IMG/VR virus record: IMGVR_UViG_3300032132_000001
Location: 106,573-170,572 of that record
Source: a virus
DNA: 64,000 bases
Direction: 5' to 3' (one strand)
Every line of letters begins with the position of its first letter. Within the stretch, counting starts at the first letter, position 1. Position numbers and translations under genes: made by a program. Positions 33,215 to 42,423 of the stretch are shown piece after piece. The notes beneath the pieces are model-generated. The model saw only the letters and a list, made by a program, of their open reading frames with translations, was not told the origin of the DNA and did not search any database.

Positions 33215-33410
33215 TGATTTGGATTTCCATTCTCTTCTTGCACTTGGGACATTCGCACCGGAACTTGACATATTCGATCTGGTCAATTCCAGAGTCGTAC
33301 GACGTGACTCGGAGCCACATATTCTTGGGCGGAATGTCAACCTCACCACAGTCAGGGCATAGCACCTTGAAAGACACCATGGCAGGCTCGATAGTATAAG
33401 TATCACCCAT
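33207..33410 (-). CDS. small zinc-ribbon protein
   Basis: CPDCG...CECPKC. Confidence 0.4.
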   Translation of the reverse strand: MGDTYTIEPAMVSFKVLCPDCGEVDIPPKNMWLRVTSYDSGIDQIEYVKFRCECPKCKKRMEIQINA

Positions 33411-33576
33411 CTGATTTCTTACCGTAAACCTTTTGGAACTTTTCTTCTAAGCACTTCAGCCTATATTGCATTTGGGATATAGTACAATCCATACTGTGCT
33501 TCATGCCATTCAGACTGCTTTTCGCAGACTTAATTTCGTCAGCTAGTCTGGCTTGGACTTGATCCGTCTCTTCCAT
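33403..33576 (-). CDS. small coiled-coil protein (57 aa)
   Basis: MEETDQVQARLADEIKSAKSSLNGMKHS... Read by hand. ATGGGTGA overlap with the downstream gene. Confidence 0.25.
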   Translation of the reverse strand: MEETDQVQARLADEIKSAKSSLNGMKHSMDCTISQMQYRLKCLEEKFQKVYGKKSDG

Positions 33577-34060
33577 CTGACGCCTCCGTGCTTAGATCGG
33601 ACAGATCAAATACGGGAACGGCCGCTTCATTTGGATGTAAGAGCTTGTGGCAATGACGACATTTCGAGTCAGATAATAGGTTCTTAGTATGACAACTGCT
33701 ACATGCGGCTGTTTCTATCTTCTTGGGGCTCTTCTGGGAACGTTTCTTTGGCGCCCCTTCGCGGATGAAGAACTTTTTCGACTTTCGTAGTACCTTGTTG
33801 CCGCTCTTCTCTTCTCTGAGCATGAAGAGAACGCCCCGTTTGGTAATTTGGACGCCCTCGATGACAGCTGGTTGGTTGGAGCGGATACCGATAGCCGTCA
33901 CTGGCTCCCCGATAAGCTCGATCAGATTCTTAACTGTGAGTTTTTCAAGCTTCTTCTTATCGAGATTTTCTAGTATCTCTTTGGGAGTCATGAGGACATA
34001 CCTTCTGTTTGGAACGTCAGGGTCGTCGGTGATCAAGTCTGCGATGTCGTCAGGCTTCAT
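33539..34060 (-). CDS. hypothetical basic protein with N-terminal leader motif MKPDDIADLITDDPDVPN and C-terminal CxxCH...CxHCH
   Basis: 173-aa ORF. The N-terminal motif is shared with three other ORFs. Confidence 0.5.
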   Translation of the reverse strand: MKPDDIADLITDDPDVPNRRYVLMTPKEILENLDKKKLEKLTVKNLIELIGEPVTAIGIRSNQPAVIEGVQITKRGVLFMLREEKSGNKVLRKSKKFFIREGAPKKRSQKSPKKIETAACSSCHTKNLLSDSKCRHCHKLLHPNEAAVPVFDLSDLSTEASDGRDGSSPSQTS

Positions 34061-34062
34061 GG

Positions 34063-34323
34063 TTAGGTATACCGTAGAGCTTTCCCGATCATCATCCAGA
34101 GCGCTTCCAGCTCTGAGGTTGACATGTTAGCGTAGGAGCTGCCTAGATCCAGAGAGTAGAACGAGTTCTCTTCCATCTCTATTTTAGAAATTCCAACTCT
34201 AGTGATCAATTGGTGGATCTCATCCCCTACTACTTGGTCGTCTGGTCTCCGGACCAGGACAAATTTCTTGGCAGGAATTTCCATTTCATCGTGCCAGACA
34301 AGCTCAGCAGGGTCGTCGGTCAT
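34063..34323 (-). CDS. hypothetical protein
   Basis: 86-aa ORF with an ATGA overlap. Confidence 0.4.
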   Translation of the reverse strand: MTDDPAELVWHDEMEIPAKKFVLVRRPDDQVVGDEIHQLITRVGISKIEMEENSFYSLDLGSSYANMSTSELEALWMMIGKALRYT

Positions 34324-36269
34324 AGGTATTTCCTAACCACGTTGGGGTATTGTGCTCTTAGTCTGTTCCGAAGTTCATTTAGGGCTAATGGTTTGTTCGC
34401 ATTGTAGCGATTATAGAACCGCTGCATGATACCCTTATTTATCCTATGCCGCTTCTCCCATCCGGGAGATCTACCATGCCATAGATGGAACAAAGACACT
34501 GTTCTTTCATTGAAGAATTTGCAATTGTCCTTCAATCGAATGAAGAAGTCGCAATCTTCACACCCATAGCCAACGTAGGCATCATTGAACCCACCAACCT
34601 GGAAGTAAGTTTTCCTGTGGCAAGCTAGAGACCCTCCCTCGAAGTATCCCACTGCACGTTCGCATTCATTAGTTTCGGTCACCTTGCCCTTATTGAATAT
34701 CTCATGGGTGGTCCCATGGTTGAAATAGAGGACATATTTTCCAACGTGAACACCTTCATATTCATTTAGCAGTTTGAATATCTTCCCTGCATAGTCATTG
34801 GACATCATGATGTCCGCATCTTGGAGTAGTAGGCGTTCGGTCTGCGCCACTGCGGCCCCAAGGTTGAAGGCTACCGCTTTCGTGAATGGTTGGTCAGGAG
34901 ATTTCCCGGCGATTTGCCTGTGGGTGCATGGCCCAATCTTGTCATAGCGAACTTTCTTCATCACATCTTGTTCTACTACGATCAAATCAATGTGGGGGAA
35001 CAGTTGCCCCTTCATGTTCATGGCGACCGTTTCGATTACTCTTACATCGCGATCTTCGGCCCGGCACGGGATAATAATAGACATCCCAGGAACATCACAG
35101 CTTGGCGTAGCGTTTACTTTGATGCGGTTGTGATCTTTCTTGTGTTGGTTGAAGATCGACCTATTATCTCGAAGCCCAGATTTGGGCACTGAGGTGATCT
35201 CAGGGTGGATTTTGAAGAACTTATCAGCGCCATCAACGTCGTGGAAACCGGGCGGTTGAATCTTAGATAATCCCACGCGGTTAGACCAATCTACGTGCTC
35301 CATCCCATAGTAGCCAAACTGTTCATCGAAATATCCGACGCGCTGGAAGGCTGTTTCATCTAGTGCCATCACAGCACCATGTGGTTTATCGTGTATAGTC
35401 TTGATTATCTTGCCGCTGACTCTAGATCCTGAACCGTCTTTGGCCGTTGCACCATATACACCAGCCTGGCGATAGCAGAAGTGGTGGTACTTCTTGGTAA
35501 GCTCCATCACTTCAAAGTAGAAGCTGTCCCAACCACGGCTCATAATCTGAACGTCGTCATTCAGCAAGAGCTTATACTTGAATCTTCTCAAGCAGTTCAG
35601 TAAACGGTTGCTTTGACCAGCGATCCCCAACCGTACCGAATTGTCCAATAATACTATATCTTTCTGCTCTCGAAGCCATTTCTTCACTTCGGGCCTGTCG
35701 GACTCATCGCTTACGAAGATCGTCGTCTTGGACAGATCTGTGAAATTCCGGATTGAATCGAGCAGTCGTCGTATGCAGTGTAGCCTATTGTAACTTAGGA
35801 TTCCTACTCCGATGTTGTTGGAAATAGGAATGGTGAGACCAGAGGATTCAGCACGAAAGAGGCGCGTTGCATCTCCAGAAATAGCTCTGCCAACCATACG
35901 GCCTCTAGTTCGGCGACCAACATAGTTAGCTCGTCCTCGTTTCCGGGTCGGCTGTCTAGGCTTTCTCTGTCCACGTGGCGATTTCTTCCTATCACTATTG
36001 GGGTTTACCCCTGCAGCGCGTCTTCGTTTCACGATTTTTACTGCGCTCTTTTTTTTCAGTTTCCCCTTCTTAGTAGAAGGGCTCGGAAGGCTTATTTGCT
36101 CTTTCTGGGCGTCCCCTATGACCCGTACTTCCCGTAAGAACTGAGGAGAGTATTTGGAGAACCACTTGGGTAGTACAACCCTTGCCGACTTAGGTACTCT
36201 GATGACTTTGCCATCAGGCCCAGGCAGGGTTATACTGTACGGATGTGGGTTTACGTACTCTATCAGCAT
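34320..36269 (-). CDS. large glycosyltransferase with two GT2/GT-A-like domains and an N-terminal Lys/Arg-rich region
   Basis: Two separate GT-A modules: ILSYNRLHCIRRLLDSI...VSDESD and MSIIIPCRAEDRDVRVIETV...VEQD. Basic 90-aa N-terminus. Confidence 0.55.
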   Translation of the reverse strand: MLIEYVNPHPYSITLPGPDGKVIRVPKSARVVLPKWFSKYSPQFLREVRVIGDAQKEQISLPSPSTKKGKLKKKSAVKIVKRRRAAGVNPNSDRKKSPRGQRKPRQPTRKRGRANYVGRRTRGRMVGRAISGDATRLFRAESSGLTIPISNNIGVGILSYNRLHCIRRLLDSIRNFTDLSKTTIFVSDESDRPEVKKWLREQKDIVLLDNSVRLGIAGQSNRLLNCLRRFKYKLLLNDDVQIMSRGWDSFYFEVMELTKKYHHFCYRQAGVYGATAKDGSGSRVSGKIIKTIHDKPHGAVMALDETAFQRVGYFDEQFGYYGMEHVDWSNRVGLSKIQPPGFHDVDGADKFFKIHPEITSVPKSGLRDNRSIFNQHKKDHNRIKVNATPSCDVPGMSIIIPCRAEDRDVRVIETVAMNMKGQLFPHIDLIVVEQDVMKKVRYDKIGPCTHRQIAGKSPDQPFTKAVAFNLGAAVAQTERLLLQDADIMMSNDYAGKIFKLLNEYEGVHVGKYVLYFNHGTTHEIFNKGKVTETNECERAVGYFEGGSLACHRKTYFQVGGFNDAYVGYGCEDCDFFIRLKDNCKFFNERTVSLFHLWHGRSPGWEKRHRINKGIMQRFYNRYNANKPLALNELRNRLRAQYPNVVRKYL

Positions 36270-36321
36270 CTATACTATCTACCAACGTAGAATGTACAGT
36301 ATGTTTGATAGTGCCGACAGG

Positions 36322-36579
36322 CTATTTGGGCTTTAGTATCTGCTTATCGTGCGCAGCTTTGCCCTTGGTGGTAGACTTGCCAGGAGTATTATAGTCATGA
36401 TCAAAGTCCGAAGTAGCATACTTCATCATGAACCGGGAGCCCTTTCCAGCCTTCGCTCCCTTCGGCAAGCCCGTCTTCTCATCCTCCCAGCCTTTGTAGG
36501 GGTCCGTAACGCCCTTGCTTGGCTGTGAACCCGTCTTTACCGGGGTCGTATAGTCTTCGTAGAGGAGAGAAAGTTTCAT
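36322..36579 (-). CDS. hypothetical protein
   Basis: 85-aa ORF. Confidence 0.35.
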   Translation of the reverse strand: MKLSLLYEDYTTPVKTGSQPSKGVTDPYKGWEDEKTGLPKGAKAGKGSRFMMKYATSDFDHDYNTPGKSTTKGKAAHDKQILKPK

Positions 36580-37415
36580 AGATATTCGCCGTACCAGCTT
36601 ACTTTATCGTCTTGCTGGTCTTCCCACTTCTTCCTTTTGCGACCCATCAAGATATCTCGATCTTTCTTATCGAGCACTTGAGTGGTCATCGGCATCGCGA
36701 TGGAACCAGTGGTTGTAGTCGCTTCATCTAGCAGTTGGTTGATTGCGCCGTAAAGGATGGTCTTCTCGTTTTCCGTGAGGCCGATCTCTTCGATGGCGTT
36801 CTCTACGAGCCCAAGCCCGCGCTCGATGCTCGCCATCGGGACTTCAGGAACCTCAGCAGCAGGCCGAGCCCCAACATCGTCTGGCATCTCTTGATCAGGA
36901 GCCTGGGCGCCCATTGGAGCCCTGGCGCCTTCGGGGGTGGGGTCCCCGAGCTTTTCGCCAGCCGCCGATCCTTGTGGGATCTCATCGTAGTAGTTGTATA
37001 CTGCGAGGGCTTCGGCACCACGCTTCGCGGACATCTGCATCAGAGTGCCGCTAAGCTTGATCAGAGCCGCTTCAAGAGCCCTGTTCGGTCCGCTAAGAAG
37101 ACCAGTGATCTGGTTGGCGTATTCGCCGAGACCAACACTGACCTGGTTGTTCCCTAAAACGTTAGCTGCTTGGCTGAGAAATTGCTTAGCAGCATGGAGT
37201 TTGTGGAACGCCCTCATAGACTCACGCATCTTATCGGCGTCTGAGAACTCTACAGCCTCAGGTTTCGGAGGTTTCTCCGCACCGCCAGCAAGTTCAGGTC
37301 TGTCTAGAGGGACTTCTGGTTCTGCGGCCAAGTCTGCGTCGAGTTCCGCGTCAAGCGGGTCCTCTCCGATAGCTTCGGCCAACAGTCGGCGTTGTCTTGA
37401 TGATAGTTTGTTCAT
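36576..37415 (-). CDS. hypothetical Ala/Glu/Pro-rich protein
   Basis: 279-aa ORF. The antisense plus ORFs are low complexity. Confidence 0.4.
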   Translation of the reverse strand: MNKLSSRQRRLLAEAIGEDPLDAELDADLAAEPEVPLDRPELAGGAEKPPKPEAVEFSDADKMRESMRAFHKLHAAKQFLSQAANVLGNNQVSVGLGEYANQITGLLSGPNRALEAALIKLSGTLMQMSAKRGAEALAVYNYYDEIPQGSAAGEKLGDPTPEGARAPMGAQAPDQEMPDDVGARPAAEVPEVPMASIERGLGLVENAIEEIGLTENEKTILYGAINQLLDEATTTTGSIAMPMTTQVLDKKDRDILMGRKRKKWEDQQDDKVSWYGEYL

Positions 37416-37429
37416 TTAGATATATTTGA

Positions 37430-38608
37430 TCATTCGGGCCTCAAACACATCCTAGTTACCCATTCCAAAAATTCAGCGGGATCACATACATCATGCTTGA
37501 TGTCCCAGATCGCGACCATCTCCCGAGCCAACATGGAACAGTCTGGGTCATCACCATCTACAACGTCCTGGACCTTCTTGAAGATCTCAGTATTGTTTCC
37601 ATTAGCCACAATGGTTTTTAAGACCTCTTCAAAGGGGTCTCCAGCCTCTAAGGCTAATTTCTCTGCGCGGAGGCGCATTTTTCGCCGCCTTTGCCAATGT
37701 TTACCACCCAGACCTTTATAAGTGTCATCCCTATCTCTGCGGAACTTCCCATGTTCCGCTCTGGTAAAGATGCCCAGATTGTCTAGAGAGTTATTATGGC
37801 CGTTCCCGTCCAGATGAACCACAAACATGTCATCTACGTTGAAACCTGCTCGCTCTAAGAGCCACCGATGCTCCTGGACGCGATGGTCTTTCCCGTCATC
37901 CCCTCGCCATTTGAGCATAATAGTTTTCTGACGAGTCCAGCGGATGGGGCGTTCTGCCGTGCCAAGGTAACACGCGTCACTACACGTCTTTTTGCGCGAG
38001 TTGCTGCGAATGAAGTCGCCACAAACTGCACAACGGCGCTTTCGTTGGCCTTCTCCAGCGCAAGCAGTGCTACAGTACTTGAGCTTGGCTTGCTTCACTT
38101 CGGTTCCGCAGATCAGACAAGGCTGCCGTTTCCGCCTACCGATATATTGACATTCGGCTGAGCAGTACTTCTTCTGGCTCTGTTTCCGTGGGCCTTCACA
38201 AACTAGGCATTTCAGGTCTTTGAATTGCCTAGACGCGTTATAGCAGGTCCTGGAGCAGTATAGCCTACCAGCTCTGGGTGTAGTCCCACCGCACGTGCGA
38301 CATCGAGGGCGTCTTGGGAAGCGTGACGCGTTATAGCAGCTCTGGCTACAAAACTGTCGGTGCGGCTCTTTGACAGGCTCGCCACAGTGCTGGCACGGAT
38401 TTCGATCTTTGGTGTTATAGACCGATCTGCAGTCAGTACCGCAGACTATGCGATGAGAAGCTTTGACTGGCTTCGTGCACACCTTACATTTTGGCCACTT
38501 CTTGAAGCACTCTTTACTACAAATTGCTACTGGGCAATCTTCTATCCCCGTACCCCAATCAACGAGGTTTTGGCATATACGGCACTTTTTTCGTTGTTTT
38601 CGGCGCAT
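37430..38608 (-). CDS. HNH endonuclease with N-terminal array of ~7 tandem zinc-ribbon repeats
   Basis: Repeats of CxxCG-x9-10-(Y/F)CSxxC(Y)N. C-terminal HLDGNGHNNSLDNLGIFTRAEH HNH motif. Confidence 0.55.
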   Translation of the reverse strand: MRRKQRKKCRICQNLVDWGTGIEDCPVAICSKECFKKWPKCKVCTKPVKASHRIVCGTDCRSVYNTKDRNPCQHCGEPVKEPHRQFCSQSCYNASRFPRRPRCRTCGGTTPRAGRLYCSRTCYNASRQFKDLKCLVCEGPRKQSQKKYCSAECQYIGRRKRQPCLICGTEVKQAKLKYCSTACAGEGQRKRRCAVCGDFIRSNSRKKTCSDACYLGTAERPIRWTRQKTIMLKWRGDDGKDHRVQEHRWLLERAGFNVDDMFVVHLDGNGHNNSLDNLGIFTRAEHGKFRRDRDDTYKGLGGKHWQRRRKMRLRAEKLALEAGDPFEEVLKTIVANGNNTEIFKKVQDVVDGDDPDCSMLAREMVAIWDIKHDVCDPAEFLEWVTRMCLRPE

Positions 38609-39272
38609 TGACTACTTTTCTGGTTACGGTGGCGTATAGCGGGAACATTGACTTCCCACGCGGCGTCTGTCGCTCTACCGTCTCAAATGCGCTTGTTTTA
38701 ATTGTTAATTCCCCAGCGAAGTTGCCCTTCCCCGCTTGTATAGCATCCAAAGTCGCATCATCTATATTCACGACCTTGTTGACTTCCTGGGTTGGCACGA
38801 TCTTAGAAAACAAGTCTCTGATCATGCCAGGCCCAACGAACTTGTTGAGCGAAAGACGGACGTCTACGAGCTGCATCTTGCCTTCTCGCAGGCCCATGTA
38901 CAGGAGAGCTTGGCTAAGTCCAATCGTCCGGAATAATCGAATAGTATTGTCCAGATACTTCCCAATAAACTCATTCGCCAACTTGGATAGCTCGCCGGCC
39001 TTTTGTATATCGATCTGCTTCCCGTTCCAATCTCCGAACCTTACACAGATATTATCGTCTTGAATCAGAACGTTGGCTGCGATGCCGTCTTCATAGCCTT
39101 TGATAATATAGGCTAATTTACCATTCAGCTCAGGCACTTCCGACAGTGGAAGGACGTCCGGATAAGGCAGGAAATCAGGAAGTTCTATAGTTTCAGACGA
39201 ACCAGACATAGCTAGTCCCATTTCTTTGTTGGATGGCGTACTTTCCGCCTCGGGATGATGTGACCTTGCCAA
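38559..39272 (-). CDS. hypothetical protein (start uncertain)
   Basis: 237-aa ORF. Confidence 0.35.
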   Translation of the reverse strand: MARSHHPEAESTPSNKEMGLAMSGSSETIELPDFLPYPDVLPLSEVPELNGKLAYIIKGYEDGIAANVLIQDDNICVRFGDWNGKQIDIQKAGELSKLANEFIGKYLDNTIRLFRTIGLSQALLYMGLREGKMQLVDVRLSLNKFVGPGMIRDLFSKIVPTQEVNKVVNIDDATLDAIQAGKGNFAGELTIKTSAFETVERQTPRGKSMFPLYATVTRKVVNAPKTTKKVPYMPKPR

Positions 39273-39498
39273 TATCCACGGTCCTCTTTCTCTTTTCCAT
39301 ATCGGAAGGGGTCATCGTAAAGAGGAGAAAAGGCAGACCGGCTTGGATCACTTCGACTGTATAGTTTCGCACATTGAGGGAAGATACTACCCCGTACCAG
39401 TGGAACAACCAACCATGATGCACAATGAAGTCGCCTACCTGTGGCTGCCACTTGTCAATTGGCAGATACTGAGCCAGAGGCATTGTCGAGATGTTCAT
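39193..39498 (-). CDS. hypothetical protein
   Basis: 101-aa ORF. Confidence 0.3.
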   Translation of the reverse strand: MNISTMPLAQYLPIDKWQPQVGDFIVHHGWLFHWYGVVSSLNVRNYTVEVIQAGLPFLLFTMTPSDMEKRKRTVDIGKVTSSRGGKYAIQQRNGTSYVWFV

Positions 39499-39979
39499 TC
39501 GTTTCCCTCGTTAGTTTGCCGCTCTTGGGATCAAATACAAATGTCCCATCGTCCAGCTGCCACTCAATCATATTATCTGAACGGCGTTTTGCGTCAAGAC
39601 AGCGCTTGATCATCAGGTCCACCCAGCCGAAACGAGTGCCACTTGGGAGCGAGACTGGTGTAAAGCCCCCGAACGCATCATCGTCTGCAGGGTTCCCCTG
39701 CGCAGCAAATAGTTCTTGCTGACGCGTCACCATCTCTAACCCTTGCAGGAGCAGTTTACGCTTATTCGTGCTGCTTAGGGTCGCTTTGATAGTGCCGGAT
39801 CTTTTGATCGTGTCGTCATCTGGGTCGAACTTGACGTCAGATGCGTCAGTCTCAATCGTGACATCTTGATTGGCGTGGTGATCTGGGAGGAACGGAGCAA
39901 TCGCTTTCTTAAGCTCCGATAGATTCCTCACTTGGACCCCTTCCTTCAAGAGATTCTTCTGTTCGTCCGTTAATTTCAT
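39455..39979 (-). CDS. hypothetical protein
   Basis: 174-aa ORF. Confidence 0.4.
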   Translation of the reverse strand: MKLTDEQKNLLKEGVQVRNLSELKKAIAPFLPDHHANQDVTIETDASDVKFDPDDDTIKRSGTIKATLSSTNKRKLLLQGLEMVTRQQELFAAQGNPADDDAFGGFTPVSLPSGTRFGWVDLMIKRCLDAKRRSDNMIEWQLDDGTFVFDPKSGKLTRETNEHLDNASGSVSAN

Positions 39980-40322
39980 CGTCTTCCTCTTTTGCGTTAA
40001 TAATTACCAATTGGAAGGGTTCACCATTCAACCTTCTATTCATCAATACATGCAGGAGGTTAGAAAGGCGATGTAAAGCGAATGTCTTCACTACACCATC
40101 GAAGACCCATAGGCCAATAATGGTGCCGGGAAGAAAGAATCCAACGGTCAGAGCAGCCCAGACGGACATACAATAGCCGCAGGTGACAAGCGTAGCCGGT
40201 AGTCCGGGCCATTTTGTCGCCACTTTGTCCCGGAAGTCGAAGAACAGTACGGAGGTCGTGATGATCTCTGAGACTGCTTCGACGTACAAAATGGCCAAAA
40301 GCCAAATTGCGACGTATTCCAT
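39909..40322 (-). CDS. hypothetical membrane protein
   Basis: Multiple hydrophobic helices. Confidence 0.35.
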   Translation of the reverse strand: MEYVAIWLLAILYVEAVSEIITTSVLFFDFRDKVATKWPGLPATLVTCGYCMSVWAALTVGFFLPGTIIGLWVFDGVVKTFALHRLSNLLHVLMNRRLNGEPFQLVIINAKEEDDEINGRTEESLEGRGPSEESIGA

Positions 40323-40325
40323 TTG

Positions 40326-40511
40326 TTATCTATTGAAGAGTTTCTTGCAGGCTCTATTCAAGCAGACATATCTGATTGCTGTGCGCCTGGTCCTGTGGTC
40401 ATACTTATGTACTTTCCTGGTAGCAGACCCACAGGCGGGGCATTCCGGATTATTGTTCCGGATGCTTATTGATCTTGGTGGTCTCTTTTTTCCTTGTCCG
40501 CAACATCCCAT
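40326..40511 (-). CDS. small zinc-ribbon protein
   Basis: CPACG...CLNRAC. Confidence 0.35.
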   Translation of the reverse strand: MGCCGQGKKRPPRSISIRNNNPECPACGSATRKVHKYDHRTRRTAIRYVCLNRACKKLFNR

Positions 40512-40512
40512 A

Positions 40513-41436
40513 CTACATCTTTGATTTTACTCGCTCGATGATGGTTTCTCGGGATAGCTTCAAAAGATCGTCTAACAGGACCACGTGGACGTCCATGATC
40601 GGCATGTTCGCACCGTAGAGCGGCGCGCCAAGCTGTCGATATAGATCGTCGTGGAGCATCGCAAATAGAGGTAGATGATTGCGGGTAAAAATGGTCAGAG
40701 GTTGGAGACCTGATATTTCCGCTTCTTCTCTGGTCTGCTCCCAGAATTTGTGGAGCACCGACTTGGTAGAAACAAGAGAAGTGGAGAACTTCCACGCTTC
40801 GTTGTTCTTGATCTCTACACAGAAGGGGAATTCTTCGTCAGTAGTGACGATATCTCCCTTCATCTTGAAGTCGCCACCTTTATCCCAACCGCCGGAAGAA
40901 GGTGTAGGACGAAAATCGCCAGTCCCCCACCATTCTTGAAGGATCTTGGCTACTTCTCGCTCTTTCCGTTTTCCCTTTCTGCGGGAATGCTTACCACTCG
41001 CGCTCGCAGAACGCTTACTAGCAATTTCAGCGAAGGGGAAGATAGCAAGATTGCGAATGTCATTATTACTAACGCATCCATCCAGGTGATATGGTATCTC
41101 ATAGTCTTCTAGGCGGCGATGGTAATAGTGCTCAATCTTTAGCTCGTGGACCAAGCGTCTGCGCTTGCTTCTTATCATCCACTCATGCGGCTCGTTTTCT
41201 TCTTTGTCCAGCCAGCCTTTTGGATAGTCCACATAGACGAACCCATCTTTCCGCAGCTTCTGCGAGAGCCGTTCCCACCACTTCTCCCCTGCCTTTCTAG
41301 ATAGAGGAGTGCCCCCGTAGAAGTAGAAATAACCCTCGGGGGCAATGCAGTGTTTGGAAATGAGATGCTTTAGAAACTTCTCATTCTTGTCGAACTGCTC
41401 GGCGCAGATCTCACATTCGTTTTTATATTCATTCAT
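40513..41436 (-). CDS. nuclease with N-terminal C2H2-like zinc finger and C-terminal Hjc-like PD-(D/E)xK resolvase domain
   Basis: CEICAEQF...HLISKH. GKHSRRKGKRKEREVAKIL...GDIV...VEIK resembles archaeal Hjc. Confidence 0.45.
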   Translation of the reverse strand: MNEYKNECEICAEQFDKNEKFLKHLISKHCIAPEGYFYFYGGTPLSRKAGEKWWERLSQKLRKDGFVYVDYPKGWLDKEENEPHEWMIRSKRRRLVHELKIEHYYHRRLEDYEIPYHLDGCVSNNDIRNLAIFPFAEIASKRSASASGKHSRRKGKRKEREVAKILQEWWGTGDFRPTPSSGGWDKGGDFKMKGDIVTTDEEFPFCVEIKNNEAWKFSTSLVSTKSVLHKFWEQTREEAEISGLQPLTIFTRNHLPLFAMLHDDLYRQLGAPLYGANMPIMDVHVVLLDDLLKLSRETIIERVKSKM

Positions 41437-42350
41437 CCACTCTTAGATACTAATCGCTTGAATGGCTTAATATACTGGTTCCCTTCCATAACCACGCCGT
41501 TTACCTTATTCTTGCGCAGCGATTCTACCACTTTGCTATACTCGAAGATAGTCTTCGAAGTAAGCTTACCCTCGACGTACATCATGTTGTCGAGGAGGTG
41601 AGGGCAGAGCGACATGTCAATCAGCGCTCGGTTGCGGCGGAACAGAGTAGACCCTACAATCTCTGCTACTCCTTCGTTCATCACTTTGGCTCGATCAGAC
41701 TTGAAGAACTCCTTCCTGCGAACCAAGTCTACAACCAAGCTTTGCGACTTCACCTTGCCTACACCGTAGTACCCGGCGATGTTGTCTGACTTGTCCCCGG
41801 CGAACGCCTTGGCAAGAACCGGATCGTGACGTGGCACATCTTCGATGCGCTTTTTGTACCGGTTCATCGGGTTGTGGATGTCAATCGTGCCGTACTGGTA
41901 GCTGATCTGCTTGAAGTCAGCATCACTCGATATGATCAGGACCCTCTCGCCAAGAGTAGACCGGCAGAATGCATAAATCAGGTCGTCAGCTTCCTGGCTC
42001 TCACGGAAGTACTGCCGTAATCCCATGTTCTTGAGGATGTTGACGCAGATGTGGGTCTGTCTTTTCAGTTCCTTCCGCACGTCGATCTCGTAATCAGCGT
42101 ACATTCCCTTCCGGTGTCCCTTGTAGGTCGGCATGATCTCATGCCTCCAGGACGGTGAAGAGTCCCAGAATATGTGCATATTCTTGGGCTTGAAGGAGTC
42201 TAGGTATTTGTGCAGGAACTTGACCATGATTGCGAAATAGTCATGGCCCTTCGCACGGAAAGCTGCATCCCTATACCCGGCAAAGATCGCTCGATATAAG
42301 GCGTTCTTACCATCTATGAGAAGATGGTCATAGTCTTTCGTTGTACTCAT
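41433..42350 (-). CDS. flap endonuclease / 5'-3' exonuclease (T4 RNase H, T5 D15 family)
   Basis: LLIDGKNALYRA N-terminus, ISSDADFKQI, helix-3-turn-helix AGDKSDNIAGYYGVGKVK. Confidence 0.75.
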   Translation of the reverse strand: MSTTKDYDHLLIDGKNALYRAIFAGYRDAAFRAKGHDYFAIMVKFLHKYLDSFKPKNMHIFWDSSPSWRHEIMPTYKGHRKGMYADYEIDVRKELKRQTHICVNILKNMGLRQYFRESQEADDLIYAFCRSTLGERVLIISSDADFKQISYQYGTIDIHNPMNRYKKRIEDVPRHDPVLAKAFAGDKSDNIAGYYGVGKVKSQSLVVDLVRRKEFFKSDRAKVMNEGVAEIVGSTLFRRNRALIDMSLCPHLLDNMMYVEGKLTSKTIFEYSKVVESLRKNKVNGVVMEGNQYIKPFKRLVSKSG

Positions 42351-42423
42351 GTGACCTCCTGAAAACAGGACGAGCCCCCTTGCGGAGGCTCGTCCCTACC
42401 TGAATTTGCCGAAACCGACTAAA

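Noticed and set aside
36735-37419. Plus-strand ORFs (140-141 aa) inside minus gene 36576..37415, and similar ones inside the gp32 gene (42406..42873, 42500..42847, 43291..43966).
   Set aside because: Ala/Ser/Leu-rich antisense artefacts of GC-rich acidic/Ala-rich coding regions.
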